Shown in pieces: positions 27,064 to 36,633 of a stretch of 64,000 bases of DNA (position 1 is the first letter of the stretch; each line of letters begins with the position of its first letter). The DNA lies in the IMG/VR virus record IMGVR_UViG_3300037755_001058, positions 27,854-91,853 of that record; one strand, written 5' to 3'. The stretch comes from a virus. The position numbers and the translations under genes are program-made. The notes beneath the pieces were generated by a model. That model saw only the letters and a list, made by a program, of their open reading frames with translations. It did not search any database and had not been told where the DNA came from.

Positions 27064-29254
27064 CAGGCCCAGCGACGTCAGGTGGCCACCGTCGAACGAC
27101 ATCTCGTTCGATTCCATCTTCGACCGCCTCATCGATCTCAAGGTGCAGCACTTTCCAGAGCACACCGTCCGTGACATTGCCGATCCGTACGTACAAATCA
27201 TGGCTTTGACTGCAGCTCTTGGGCAACACGCGTTCGGGCGAGCGAACCACGCCCTGAAGCAGCTCGCCCCGAAGACTGCCACATCACGCCGTGCACTCGT
27301 CTCGCTACTGGAGATCGTCAACCGACCGCTCGCACCGATACAACCCGCCCGAGGGAAGGTGTACGCTCGGCTGAAGGCAGCCTCCGTGGCTGACACGGTC
27401 ATGATCGAAGAGGGTCAACGCATCGCGCCGACCAACACCGTCGACCCTGTGTTCACGATTGATAGCGATGTGTCCATCGGTTCTGTGGCCGGGATCTCGA
27501 CATGGTCAGTTCTAGCAGGATCGGTCACCCTGGAGTCCGTGTACCCGGCTACGTTGTCCGCCATGGAGGTGGACGACTACATCATCTTTGGGTCTGACGG
27601 CTCATTCTTCGATGAACTGACGATCGACGTTGGAACTACCGCGCTTCCAGCGATCACAGCATCGTGGGAGTACTACAACGACGAGACCGGTGAGGTGACA
27701 TCTGCATCGATCGTGGGATCTAACCTCGAGTTCGACATCAGCGACTACCTGAACGGATCGGTCCCTGAGGGGTTGGAGGTGACTATCACCCACACCCCTA
27801 CGAACGTATCGGAGACCGTTGACACGGCCTCGGGTGTCGCGACCACATCGTTCCTCGGCCAATCATCTCCAAGCGAATCGGCAACGGACTACTCGGTCTT
27901 CGCCGAATGGAGACCCGTTCCTGGAGTCACCGATGGCACGGTTGGGATGACCCAGGACGGAGTGGTATCTTGGGACGTGACCGGAGTCAAGGATTCCGAT
28001 AACGACTGGGTGCCCCATGACACGTACGGGTTTGCAGTCAGGATGCGCATTGCTGACGACCCGTCCGTACTCCTGCCCTCGGACCTTGATCTCGACTCGG
28101 CTCCAGACAATCCCGATGGGGATTGGTTCGTCGAGGGGTACATCACCCAAGGTGTGCGAAGGACGATTTCGCTCGGACAGACGGATGGGTCTGCATTTCA
28201 AGCCCTTCCGATCAGTTCGGTGTTGATCGACGAGCCGGTGGCCGATCCAATGTGGGAAATCTCGATCGGTACAGAGACCGATTGGGCCGTGGTGGCAGAC
28301 TTCAGCAACTCCGGCCCTGCATCGAAGCACGCAGTCCTCAAGGAGGACCCTGACGACGGCTGGACGGTCGTACTCGGCAACGGTACGGTCGGCGTGCTGC
28401 CAACCTCGGGGCTCGGAGTGTCCGTCACGATCCGAACCGACTCACAGAGTCCAGGGGATCTCGATCCCAACGCCGGGATCAGAGCTCTCAGTGGTTTGGG
28501 TCTGGTGACAGGTTTCGTTCTGTTCCGCGGAACCACAGGATTTGCCGAGGCCGAGGCGTCTGATGCGAATGCCGTGATGGAATTTCGAAACAGCATCCTG
28601 CCTCAGCTTGCCCTCAGGGCAGAGAGTGCCATCACAGCACCAGAGATCGTCACAGCCCTCACTGGTGGAGCACCAAACAGAGCCACGTTCACTACCGCAG
28701 ATGGAAGGACGCCATTCAGTCGAGCCCTCTTCTCCCTGGAAGGCGCTGGTGATCGTCAGTACCGAGTGATGGTCGTGGGCGCTGAGTCTGACCCGTACGG
28801 TACGGTTGACTCGAACGATCTGGATGAGGCGGAGACCTGGTTGAACGGAACCCCCGTGGGGGTAGAGATCGTCGGCGGGCACGGGCCGAACAATACCGAG
28901 GCGATCGTTGGTTCATTCGTCTCCAGGCCCATGCGTCCAACCATCGTCCTCACGGTGAAATCGGCCCAGGGTGTACTGGCTCAAGCTGACCAAATTGTGC
29001 GGCAGTTCTTCAAGCCGCATAGCAAGGATGAAGATCTCGTCTACCGTTGGTCGTTCGGAGGGAAGGTGCCCGTGCCCATCCTATTCGGCCTCTTATGGGA
29101 AGGAGTTCCCAACAGGACATTTCTGACGCTCACCGTCAGTGATGGGGTCCTCGCCTACACGGCTGGCGACAGCATTCAGCTCGAGTCGTTCGAACTGCCC
29201 ACACTTGATCCGGCCTACAGCGCAGCGGCAGACATCTCCATCGTGGTGGGATGA
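27056..29254 (+). CDS. Baseplate wedge protein (gpJ/T4 gp6-like)
   Basis: DSIF..L...FPE.T..DIADP, LAPKTATSRRAL..L, VLGNGTVGVLP, GFAEAE. Confidence 0.75.
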   Translation: MADRPSDVRWPPSNDISFDSIFDRLIDLKVQHFPEHTVRDIADPYVQIMALTAALGQHAFGRANHALKQLAPKTATSRRALVSLLEIVNRPLAPIQPARGKVYARLKAASVADTVMIEEGQRIAPTNTVDPVFTIDSDVSIGSVAGISTWSVLAGSVTLESVYPATLSAMEVDDYIIFGSDGSFFDELTIDVGTTALPAITASWEYYNDETGEVTSASIVGSNLEFDISDYLNGSVPEGLEVTITHTPTNVSETVDTASGVATTSFLGQSSPSESATDYSVFAEWRPVPGVTDGTVGMTQDGVVSWDVTGVKDSDNDWVPHDTYGFAVRMRIADDPSVLLPSDLDLDSAPDNPDGDWFVEGYITQGVRRTISLGQTDGSAFQALPISSVLIDEPVADPMWEISIGTETDWAVVADFSNSGPASKHAVLKEDPDDGWTVVLGNGTVGVLPTSGLGVSVTIRTDSQSPGDLDPNAGIRALSGLGLVTGFVLFRGTTGFAEAEASDANAVMEFRNSILPQLALRAESAITAPEIVTALTGGAPNRATFTTADGRTPFSRALFSLEGAGDRQYRVMVVGAESDPYGTVDSNDLDEAETWLNGTPVGVEIVGGHGPNNTEAIVGSFVSRPMRPTIVLTVKSAQGVLAQADQIVRQFFKPHSKDEDLVYRWSFGGKVPVPILFGLLWEGVPNRTFLTLTVSDGVLAYTAGDSIQLESFELPTLDPAYSAAADISIVVG

Positions 29255-31215
29255 TGGGATCGTCATTCGGAGACTCTGACAAGTTTGGCCTGTCGACGCT
29301 AGCGCGGCGTTGGACTCCGTCGTCCATGGTTCAAGACCCCAGCGCTCAGCAGATGATGGACGCCATCGCTGACCAGCTGGCCGACGCACTGAATATTCTG
29401 CTGGAGCTCGAAAACTACATCCCGATCATCTGGTCTCCGACACGGTGTTTGAACGCGGATCTGATCAGGCTCCTGCAACTCAACGGCATCGACGGATCTT
29501 TGGGGACTGTAACGGTAGAAAAGGCCAGGAGGCTCGCTGCCATCACCACCACCGATCTGAGAGCATGGCGGGGTGCGTTTCGAGCGCATCGGGCCGTGGC
29601 TGGCGCCCTCACTGGTGGTCAGGTCATTATCCAATCCTGGCTTGTAGATAGGTTCGTGGTAGACGAGTCCACCATGAACTTCGTCCTCTTGGAGGATGAT
29701 CGAGAGAGCCTGTCGTTCGTGTACGTCATGGGTCAAGGTCCTTCCGGCACCGAGTACGATGCAGGCGAGCTTGCCACGCGCCTGGACGATCTTGCAAAGC
29801 CGGTTCTCGATGAGTTGGATTTCATATCGTGCTTTGCGCTGACGGCCTGGCGTGACGGTCTGGCCGGCTGGGGACTGGACGGTGCCAGCGTAATCCTCAC
29901 TGATGTTCCTGGCGAGTACGAGGCCGTGGAGATGGGCCCTGATGTGGCACTCGATGCCGTACAGGGAGTGCGGTCGGCGTCCGATAAGGATGATCTGGTA
30001 GGTGACGAGGTCATGCTCGTCACGGCTTGGTTCAAGACTGATGGGGCGGCCTCGGGAGACTACTGGGAGGTGATGGCATACGCCACAGAGGACGCCCACC
30101 TGGCGGCATCTCCCGGAGATGACGCATTCGTCGCCAGAGTGAACGTTGGAAACGGCATCGCGGATATCGGTCGCATGACTGACGGGGTGTACACATCGAT
30201 CGGAACGGATGCATTCTACATCCCAGATGGCACCGACGGACAATACCACCGTGTCGACTTCTTCATCGATCGTCGGTTGTTCAAATCTCGAGTGAAGCTG
30301 GCAGTCGATGGTAACGAAGGATACTGGCACGAGGAGGCGTTTTACGGGCCTGATGCGCCGTCCGGAGTCAAGGCCGCCGTGGTGTGTAGAACGTCGGCAT
30401 TCACCCAAGGCCGAATCCAGGTCGCTGCCATCGTGGCACGGATGCTGCGCACGTCCATCGCTGAGTGGGACCTATCTGGCCCGCTAAGCGTACCAGACCT
30501 CAGGTCTTGGTGGAACGCGCTGGATTCGGATAACCTGTCGCTAGACGGTGGGAACAACGTACTGTCCTTGACTGATGTTGGCCCGATGGGTGTTGACGTT
30601 GTTCCCATTGCCACCCCCTTGGCTACCACACTGCTAACGGTTGGTACTAGTGCGGCCAGACTTCCAGGACCGTTCCTCGGAGCCAACAACAACAGGCTGA
30701 GCGGATCTTGGACCGCCGTTGACACGACAGGTGGGTGGTCCGTGATGGCGATCATTCCGTTGACCGTAGAGTCTGTATACACACGCACATTCGCCACGCT
30801 TCGTGGTGGCAACAGCGTTCTCATACGCCGAGCTAGCGCGGCAGGGCAGCTCGAAGTACTCGTCGCTGCAGCAGCTGGTACAGCATTCGACGCTGGATTG
30901 GGGGCTGCCAACGGGGCCGGTGCATTCGCCGTGGTGTTCGTCCGGCGTGACATCACCGGCGGCGTCATCAAGGTGGACTGCTGGTACGATCAGAAGCTCG
31001 GAGGAGGACTGCAGAGCAACTCAACATCGTACGCCGACGCCGCAGGACCTACGTCTACCCTGTCCTCGGTGTACATTGGCGGTCGAAATTTGGTTGGTCT
31101 CGAATGGGAAACAGGCCACGCAGCATCTGTGGCGTGGTGGGATCGCTCACTGTCGGATGACGAAATCACGCAATTGGCACAATGGGCCGGCTCAGTGCTA
31201 GGGTACCCCATCTAA
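29251..31215 (+). CDS. Baseplate protein (gpI-like N-terminus) with a C-terminal LamG/ConA-like domain
   Basis: Follows gpJ; DLRSWWNALD...VYIGGR...WDRSLSDDEI LamG-type terminal motif. Confidence 0.6.
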   Translation: MMGSSFGDSDKFGLSTLARRWTPSSMVQDPSAQQMMDAIADQLADALNILLELENYIPIIWSPTRCLNADLIRLLQLNGIDGSLGTVTVEKARRLAAITTTDLRAWRGAFRAHRAVAGALTGGQVIIQSWLVDRFVVDESTMNFVLLEDDRESLSFVYVMGQGPSGTEYDAGELATRLDDLAKPVLDELDFISCFALTAWRDGLAGWGLDGASVILTDVPGEYEAVEMGPDVALDAVQGVRSASDKDDLVGDEVMLVTAWFKTDGAASGDYWEVMAYATEDAHLAASPGDDAFVARVNVGNGIADIGRMTDGVYTSIGTDAFYIPDGTDGQYHRVDFFIDRRLFKSRVKLAVDGNEGYWHEEAFYGPDAPSGVKAAVVCRTSAFTQGRIQVAAIVARMLRTSIAEWDLSGPLSVPDLRSWWNALDSDNLSLDGGNNVLSLTDVGPMGVDVVPIATPLATTLLTVGTSAARLPGPFLGANNNRLSGSWTAVDTTGGWSVMAIIPLTVESVYTRTFATLRGGNSVLIRRASAAGQLEVLVAAAAGTAFDAGLGAANGAGAFAVVFVRRDITGGVIKVDCWYDQKLGGGLQSNSTSYADAAGPTSTLSSVYIGGRNLVGLEWETGHAASVAWWDRSLSDDEITQLAQWAGSVLGYPI

Positions 31216-31225
31216 CGGAGCCTCG

Positions 31226-34200
31226 ATGAGCACCGGAGTCATTCACGCCGGATTCTTCCCGAACCAGATCATGGGTTCGACCAGACTCCGTGAAGACATG
31301 TTCGAGGCGGCCAGGCAGTACGCCAAGGACCTCGGCGGGCGAGTCATTGGGGAATGCGTCATCGACGCCACGCTCGCTGGCCTCGTCGTCACCGATGACG
31401 CGGCAGCCATCAACGAGCGCAAGCTGACCGTTGCTGGGGCATTGGCGGCTCTAGCAGAGTCCGGCGACATGTTCAACGACATGGGTGACACGTCAACCCT
31501 GCTCCAGCAGGTGGAGGGATCGCGCACCATCACTCTTCATGATCCAGACTGGTTCGTCGACATTCCGTACGAGAATGCGAACGGATCATCGTACTCGGTG
31601 TACCTGCACCTCACCGAGTACCCCATCGATGTGGGCGTCGGCAAGCCTGGCGGACGCGGATACTCCAGGTGGGTGGAGGTTCCGGGGATCACCATCAATC
31701 CCGACTCGGTGTCGGACGCGAGTGACCACTTAGAGTTGGTCGTCCTGACAGGCCTGACCGTTCTCGGGGTCCAGCCATGGCTGACCTCGAATGAAGAAGA
31801 TGCTGACTGGTCCATGGACTGCGTCGTCTACCTCGACACGGATGTTACCGGGGTGGAGATCGCCATCGATGATCCTGACGTGGCAATCGCCTTCACGGCG
31901 AAACTCACGAAACGGGTGGGAAACCCAGACTGGATCGTCGACCTCACAGGGATCGGAGACGGATACCTCGGACAGGAGACCCCCAGTACTACTGCGGCAG
32001 AGTACAAGATCGTCGTGTTGGGTCCGGTCGTCACGACTACCGACTTCGACTCTGACCCAGACTACGTTCACATCGCGCAGGTCGACTCGGCTACCGGATC
32101 TGAGACCATCAGCCATTCCGGTCAGGTGATCGTCGATTCCCTTGCCAGCGGAATCATCAGCATGCCAGACGGGCTGCTCGATGGTGGCTGTCTGACAGTT
32201 CCAGGTGTCACGAACGGTACTACCACGGCTGACATCGACGGAACTGGAGTGATCCATACCCGAGGCCAGCTCTGGCAACCCGGGGCCGAGAGCGTCGGTG
32301 GCATTCCAACGTCCGATGAGTTCTTCGTCTCGTTCGATCCCGACACTATGTCGTACGACCTGTACACCACCATGGCGGATGCTCTACTCGACGATCGAGT
32401 GCCAGTGGCGTACGGAATCACCGATGGGACTCCAAACATCACGTTCCTGATCGGAATCGGGAAGAGTGTTAGGCACGTCTCGCGCGTGGTCGAGCTGACT
32501 CTGAGCTCAGATGCCGAGGCGCGCACAGCTTTCACGAACCTGAAGGAGGCTCTGGGCTACTGCGCGGCTCTGAGTAACCTCGCTGATGTACGAGGGTTCC
32601 GCATCAACGTTCAGGGCACCGTTAACGTTGGAACGGATGTGGTGAACGAAACGGAACTGCTGTCCGTTCCCGGAGTGCACTTCGTCGGTGCACGGATGCT
32701 CAACTCTAGCGCCGCTGCTGGAGTGTCCAGTGGATTCGAGTGGACTGGGGTGTCGAACTCCCTATTCTCGATTCCATCAGGTACCACCCTGGAGTCATGG
32801 ACCTTCGAGAACATCAGGTTCAGCTACGTCACAACGGTGGCTACTGACATGACCGTGGCGGCATTCAGCAACGCTCACATCACTAGCAACCTGACGTTCA
32901 TCGGGTGCCTGTTCGACGCCCCCAGCACCCAGATCTTCACGGCGTACTACAGTACCGGCAACAGCGTCAACCTGAAGTTCGTCGACTGTATCAATGCCAA
33001 TAACGGTGTGTGGATCTACAACACAGGTTCCAACTCACTCGGTCCTCTCACGATGCGGAACTGTCGTCAAGACGGTTCCGCATCGGCAAGCGTCGGTCCA
33101 GCGTACGGAGTAGTGTGGGATGCCTCAACTTCCCCAGGAGCTTCCTGGAGGATTCAGGACTGCGACTTCACGAATCTGGATGGTCCAGCGCTCTACTCAG
33201 CGTCTGGTCTGGTCAACGGTTGGATCAAGGACAACCGGATTCACTTCCAATCTGGAGCTCAGTCCGGAGCCGGGATCGATCTGGGGAATGGTACGGCTAC
33301 GGCGGACTGTGAGAATCTCTTCATCCACGACAATCACGTAGACCTGACGGCGTACTCTTCCGCTACAGATGGGATCAGAGTGTACTCCGATCGTGGAGTT
33401 CCGCCAAACATGTGTGGAATCTTCATCCATGACAACTACGTGGAGATGGCGTCCTATCCATCGGGCAGCGTGGGAATCGAGGTAGGCGGGAACGCCAACG
33501 ATGGGGTAATCGTCCATTCCAACGTCGTTGGTGGATCGGAATTCGGTATCTTCATGACGGGTACCGGTACCCAAAACGTGGTTTCCAGCAACTGTGTGTT
33601 CAGCGAGCAACAGGCGTTGAACATCGGTGCCGATCAGTACGCACTCGTTGCTAGCAGCAATTCGCTGCTGATCGGGACTGGATCAGTTCCGTGTGTCCTG
33701 TGGAGTGGTGACCACGGAGTGCTGACGGGTAACTACGTTGATGGCTCTGGAGGAGCGGGGGCTATCGGTCTCATCACCGGTTCCTCCGCGACCAACCTCG
33801 TGGTCACCGGTAACTTCATCGAGGGGTTGGACTATTCCATCGACATTGATGCGTCCACGGTGGTGGTGTCCGGTAACAGGTTGTCGGGCGATCTGAGAAG
33901 CCAGGACAACACCCATCTCATCATCGGCAACGTGATGACTGGCGACCTCGACAACGTCACCTCCACCCAGGTGACTGTGATCGGGAACCATTGGACCGGT
34001 AACATGGACCTCAACTCCGGTACTGGTTGTATTGTCGGTGCTAACAGGGTAACCGGGTACGTCAACGAGATCGGCAATGGCTCGATGCTGGTCTGCAACA
34101 GGGTTGATGGTGCCACCGGAACTGCAACGTCCGTCGGGATGGTGGTCACCGGAAATCTGTTCGAGGACACCACCGCGCCTACCACCACGTTCGATGAGAT

Positions 34201-34471
34201 TGGGGACCTCGTGATTACTGGGAACATCTTCCGTCACGACCCGAACATCGATACAAACACGAACAATGACATCGTCATGACCGGCAACGCATTTCTCGAT
34301 TCGTCTGCATGGACCATCGAGGCCGTCGATGGCGCTGTTACTGGAAACTACGTGGAAGGGGCCTTGACTCTTGGAGCGGGAAGCGCCAACCTCGCCGTGG
34401 TAGGCAACAGGTTCAACGCCGGGGCTCCCACCGATAGCGGCTCTGGCAACGCTGTGGCCAGCAATACCTGA
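31226..34471 (+). CDS. Tail fibre/tailspike with a right-handed beta-helix (putative depolymerase)
   Basis: Many [VI]xGN/IHDN repeats over the C-terminal half; located after the baseplate genes. Confidence 0.75.
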   Translation: MSTGVIHAGFFPNQIMGSTRLREDMFEAARQYAKDLGGRVIGECVIDATLAGLVVTDDAAAINERKLTVAGALAALAESGDMFNDMGDTSTLLQQVEGSRTITLHDPDWFVDIPYENANGSSYSVYLHLTEYPIDVGVGKPGGRGYSRWVEVPGITINPDSVSDASDHLELVVLTGLTVLGVQPWLTSNEEDADWSMDCVVYLDTDVTGVEIAIDDPDVAIAFTAKLTKRVGNPDWIVDLTGIGDGYLGQETPSTTAAEYKIVVLGPVVTTTDFDSDPDYVHIAQVDSATGSETISHSGQVIVDSLASGIISMPDGLLDGGCLTVPGVTNGTTTADIDGTGVIHTRGQLWQPGAESVGGIPTSDEFFVSFDPDTMSYDLYTTMADALLDDRVPVAYGITDGTPNITFLIGIGKSVRHVSRVVELTLSSDAEARTAFTNLKEALGYCAALSNLADVRGFRINVQGTVNVGTDVVNETELLSVPGVHFVGARMLNSSAAAGVSSGFEWTGVSNSLFSIPSGTTLESWTFENIRFSYVTTVATDMTVAAFSNAHITSNLTFIGCLFDAPSTQIFTAYYSTGNSVNLKFVDCINANNGVWIYNTGSNSLGPLTMRNCRQDGSASASVGPAYGVVWDASTSPGASWRIQDCDFTNLDGPALYSASGLVNGWIKDNRIHFQSGAQSGAGIDLGNGTATADCENLFIHDNHVDLTAYSSATDGIRVYSDRGVPPNMCGIFIHDNYVEMASYPSGSVGIEVGGNANDGVIVHSNVVGGSEFGIFMTGTGTQNVVSSNCVFSEQQALNIGADQYALVASSNSLLIGTGSVPCVLWSGDHGVLTGNYVDGSGGAGAIGLITGSSATNLVVTGNFIEGLDYSIDIDASTVVVSGNRLSGDLRSQDNTHLIIGNVMTGDLDNVTSTQVTVIGNHWTGNMDLNSGTGCIVGANRVTGYVNEIGNGSMLVCNRVDGATGTATSVGMVVTGNLFEDTTAPTTTFDEIGDLVITGNIFRHDPNIDTNTNNDIVMTGNAFLDSSAWTIEAVDGAVTGNYVEGALTLGAGSANLAVVGNRFNAGAPTDSGSGNAVASNT

Positions 34472-36498
34472 TGCCTGGAATGGACGGTGTCAGCGGGATC
34501 CGCCGACGGGTAATGGCTGACATCGCAGAGCGAATCGGGGCCAACGACGTGGATGACGTCGGAGAGCTCCTCCTTGAGATGGTCAACCGCGGACGGCGTA
34601 GGAACCTGACAGACGAGGAGGTCATGGAGCTCGATCAATTGATCGACATGCTCCAAAGGCTTGAGGCCCTAGACAGCGCGTGGGTGTTCGGACACCGGTA
34701 TATGGGTCACAAGTTCGTGTCCACAGACCCAGTATGCCCCAAGTGCAATAACGAGGTCCCACATCGTACGATTTTAGTGTGCCCATCGTGTGGGGAGATG
34801 GGCCCATGGGTACAGCTCGAACGTCATATCCAGAGCTCGTATTTGCACTACTACTTGGTGGAGCAAGCTACCAGGCTCGTCAACAACTCACTCCTCATGC
34901 CTGATGGGGCGTACAGAGCCGACGGCACAGTAACGGCCGTGCCTCGAGGTGGTGCGAAGAGCACATGGTTGTGTGAGATCATGGGTACGTGGCTGGTGCT
35001 CACGGACAGAAGTCGGTGTCTTCTGCTCCTCTCCAATACCATCGAGCAGGTGACGGAAAGGTGTAACGAGATCAAGACGGAGCTGGAGGAGAACGAGTCT
35101 ATTATTCGTGATTTCGGCCAGCTGTCCGCATCGCGAATGGAGAACAGAACGTGGACGAAGTCAGACTTCGTCCTGCCGAATGGAAACAGAGTGGTATCCA
35201 GGGGCGCCATGCAGTCCATGCGTGGCGTCAAGAACCGTGAGAATCGACCCGACGTGGTCATCGCCGACGACTCGGACGATGAGAAGTTCCTCACTACTCC
35301 AGAGCAGGCGAGGAAGGTACACGAATGGTGGGACTCTCGTGTAGTTCCAGCCTGCCATCCAAACGCGTTGTTCATGTTCCATGGAACCGTCATCTCAGAG
35401 ATGGGTCTCCTATGGCAGATGTTGTCAGGACACCGTGGGCGCACGTTCAGACAGCACGTTTTCAGGGCCGTTGAAGACAGGGCTGGATGCGCCAGCTGTG
35501 GAATGCCCGCACCTACCGTGGGTAGGTTCGACTGTCCAGTGTGCGCTAAGAAGACGAGGGCGGTCAGACCGAGCTCGTACTGGGGAGCTCGATTCACGGC
35601 CGAAGCCTTGGAAGTGACTAAGGCACGCGTAGGCCACTGGGCCTGGCAGACCGAGTTCCAACAGGAACCGCACGATGATTCCGCATCGTGGTTTCAACGT
35701 GAGTGGCTGGATCGGGCTCGTCGCGATGATCTTGCGCCGTTGCCACGGTCGTCACGACGTATCATTCCATGGTCGGCCATCGCGTGTACACTTACGGGAT
35801 CAGAGGCGGTAGAATTGGCCACCATGGCCGACTCGAAGTACGCGAAGGTTCCTGGCGATCTAGGTCCGTACCAGGTGATCGTTCAGAGTTGGGACCCGGC
35901 ATGGGCCAGGGCAAAGAAGAAGGGTCAGGAGAGGGACCACGCCACCGCGTACATGGCCGGTGTGGGCATTGGGCTCACGTGGGATGACACGTTCGACGTA
36001 TTCTGGCTCGATCGTGGGCGTAACCTGCCGGGAAATTCGGCGTACCGCGAGTGGATGTACGAAGAATGGGTTCGGTCGATCCTCCCGTCAGGATCCATCG
36101 AGCGCCCTGGCCAACTCGGGATGATCGTAGAAAGAAACAGTGCCGGTGTGCTGTTCCAGTACGGTGTCGAGGAGCATTGGGGAAGCATACCAATGATCGA
36201 TCACCAGACCGGGGCCGAAAAGCATGATCTCACCGACGGAATTCCCGGGATGGCGTCTACTCTGAAAGAGGGCCGGATGATCATCAGGGCCGGTGGCTCA
36301 GACGAGCAACGGGAACTGGCCGACGAGCTGATCTACGAGATTAGGCACTCAGGACGGAGCCGGTACAAGGACATGCTGATGGCCCTATGGTTCGGATGGG
36401 CATATATCCAGCGATGGGTTAGAGACGTTCGGGACCCAGCTAGGTACGAGGAGCTCGTACGCCGTCGTAGCCCACTCCAGCGACGTACGACGCATTGA
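34471..36498 (+). CDS. terL: Terminase large subunit with two double-Zn-ribbon inserts
   Basis: Walker A PRGGAKST, Walker B RPDVVIADD, coupling motif HGT, EFQQEP, nuclease SWDPA, IVERN, KDMLMALW. Confidence 0.88.
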   Translation: MPGMDGVSGIRRRVMADIAERIGANDVDDVGELLLEMVNRGRRRNLTDEEVMELDQLIDMLQRLEALDSAWVFGHRYMGHKFVSTDPVCPKCNNEVPHRTILVCPSCGEMGPWVQLERHIQSSYLHYYLVEQATRLVNNSLLMPDGAYRADGTVTAVPRGGAKSTWLCEIMGTWLVLTDRSRCLLLLSNTIEQVTERCNEIKTELEENESIIRDFGQLSASRMENRTWTKSDFVLPNGNRVVSRGAMQSMRGVKNRENRPDVVIADDSDDEKFLTTPEQARKVHEWWDSRVVPACHPNALFMFHGTVISEMGLLWQMLSGHRGRTFRQHVFRAVEDRAGCASCGMPAPTVGRFDCPVCAKKTRAVRPSSYWGARFTAEALEVTKARVGHWAWQTEFQQEPHDDSASWFQREWLDRARRDDLAPLPRSSRRIIPWSAIACTLTGSEAVELATMADSKYAKVPGDLGPYQVIVQSWDPAWARAKKKGQERDHATAYMAGVGIGLTWDDTFDVFWLDRGRNLPGNSAYREWMYEEWVRSILPSGSIERPGQLGMIVERNSAGVLFQYGVEEHWGSIPMIDHQTGAEKHDLTDGIPGMASTLKEGRMIIRAGGSDEQRELADELIYEIRHSGRSRYKDMLMALWFGWAYIQRWVRDVRDPARYEELVRRRSPLQRRTTH

Positions 36499-36545
36499 CG
36501 AAGCACCTGTCGTAGCCCCTAGAGGGTATACTACTAAAGACGTCA

Positions 36546-36618
36546 GTGGCCGTAACTCAGACGGACAGAGTGCCGACCTCCTAAGTCGGAAACGTAGGTT
36601 CAAGTCCTGCCGGCCACA
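36546..36618 (+). tRNA. tRNA-Arg (anticodon CCT), CCA not encoded
   Basis: Acceptor GTGGCCG/CGGCCAC, D arm CTC..GAG, anticodon arm CCGAC-ctCCTaa-GTCGG, T arm GTAGG-TTCAAGT-CCTGC. Confidence 0.93.
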
Positions 36619-36633
36619 TACCTTGGAGATCTG

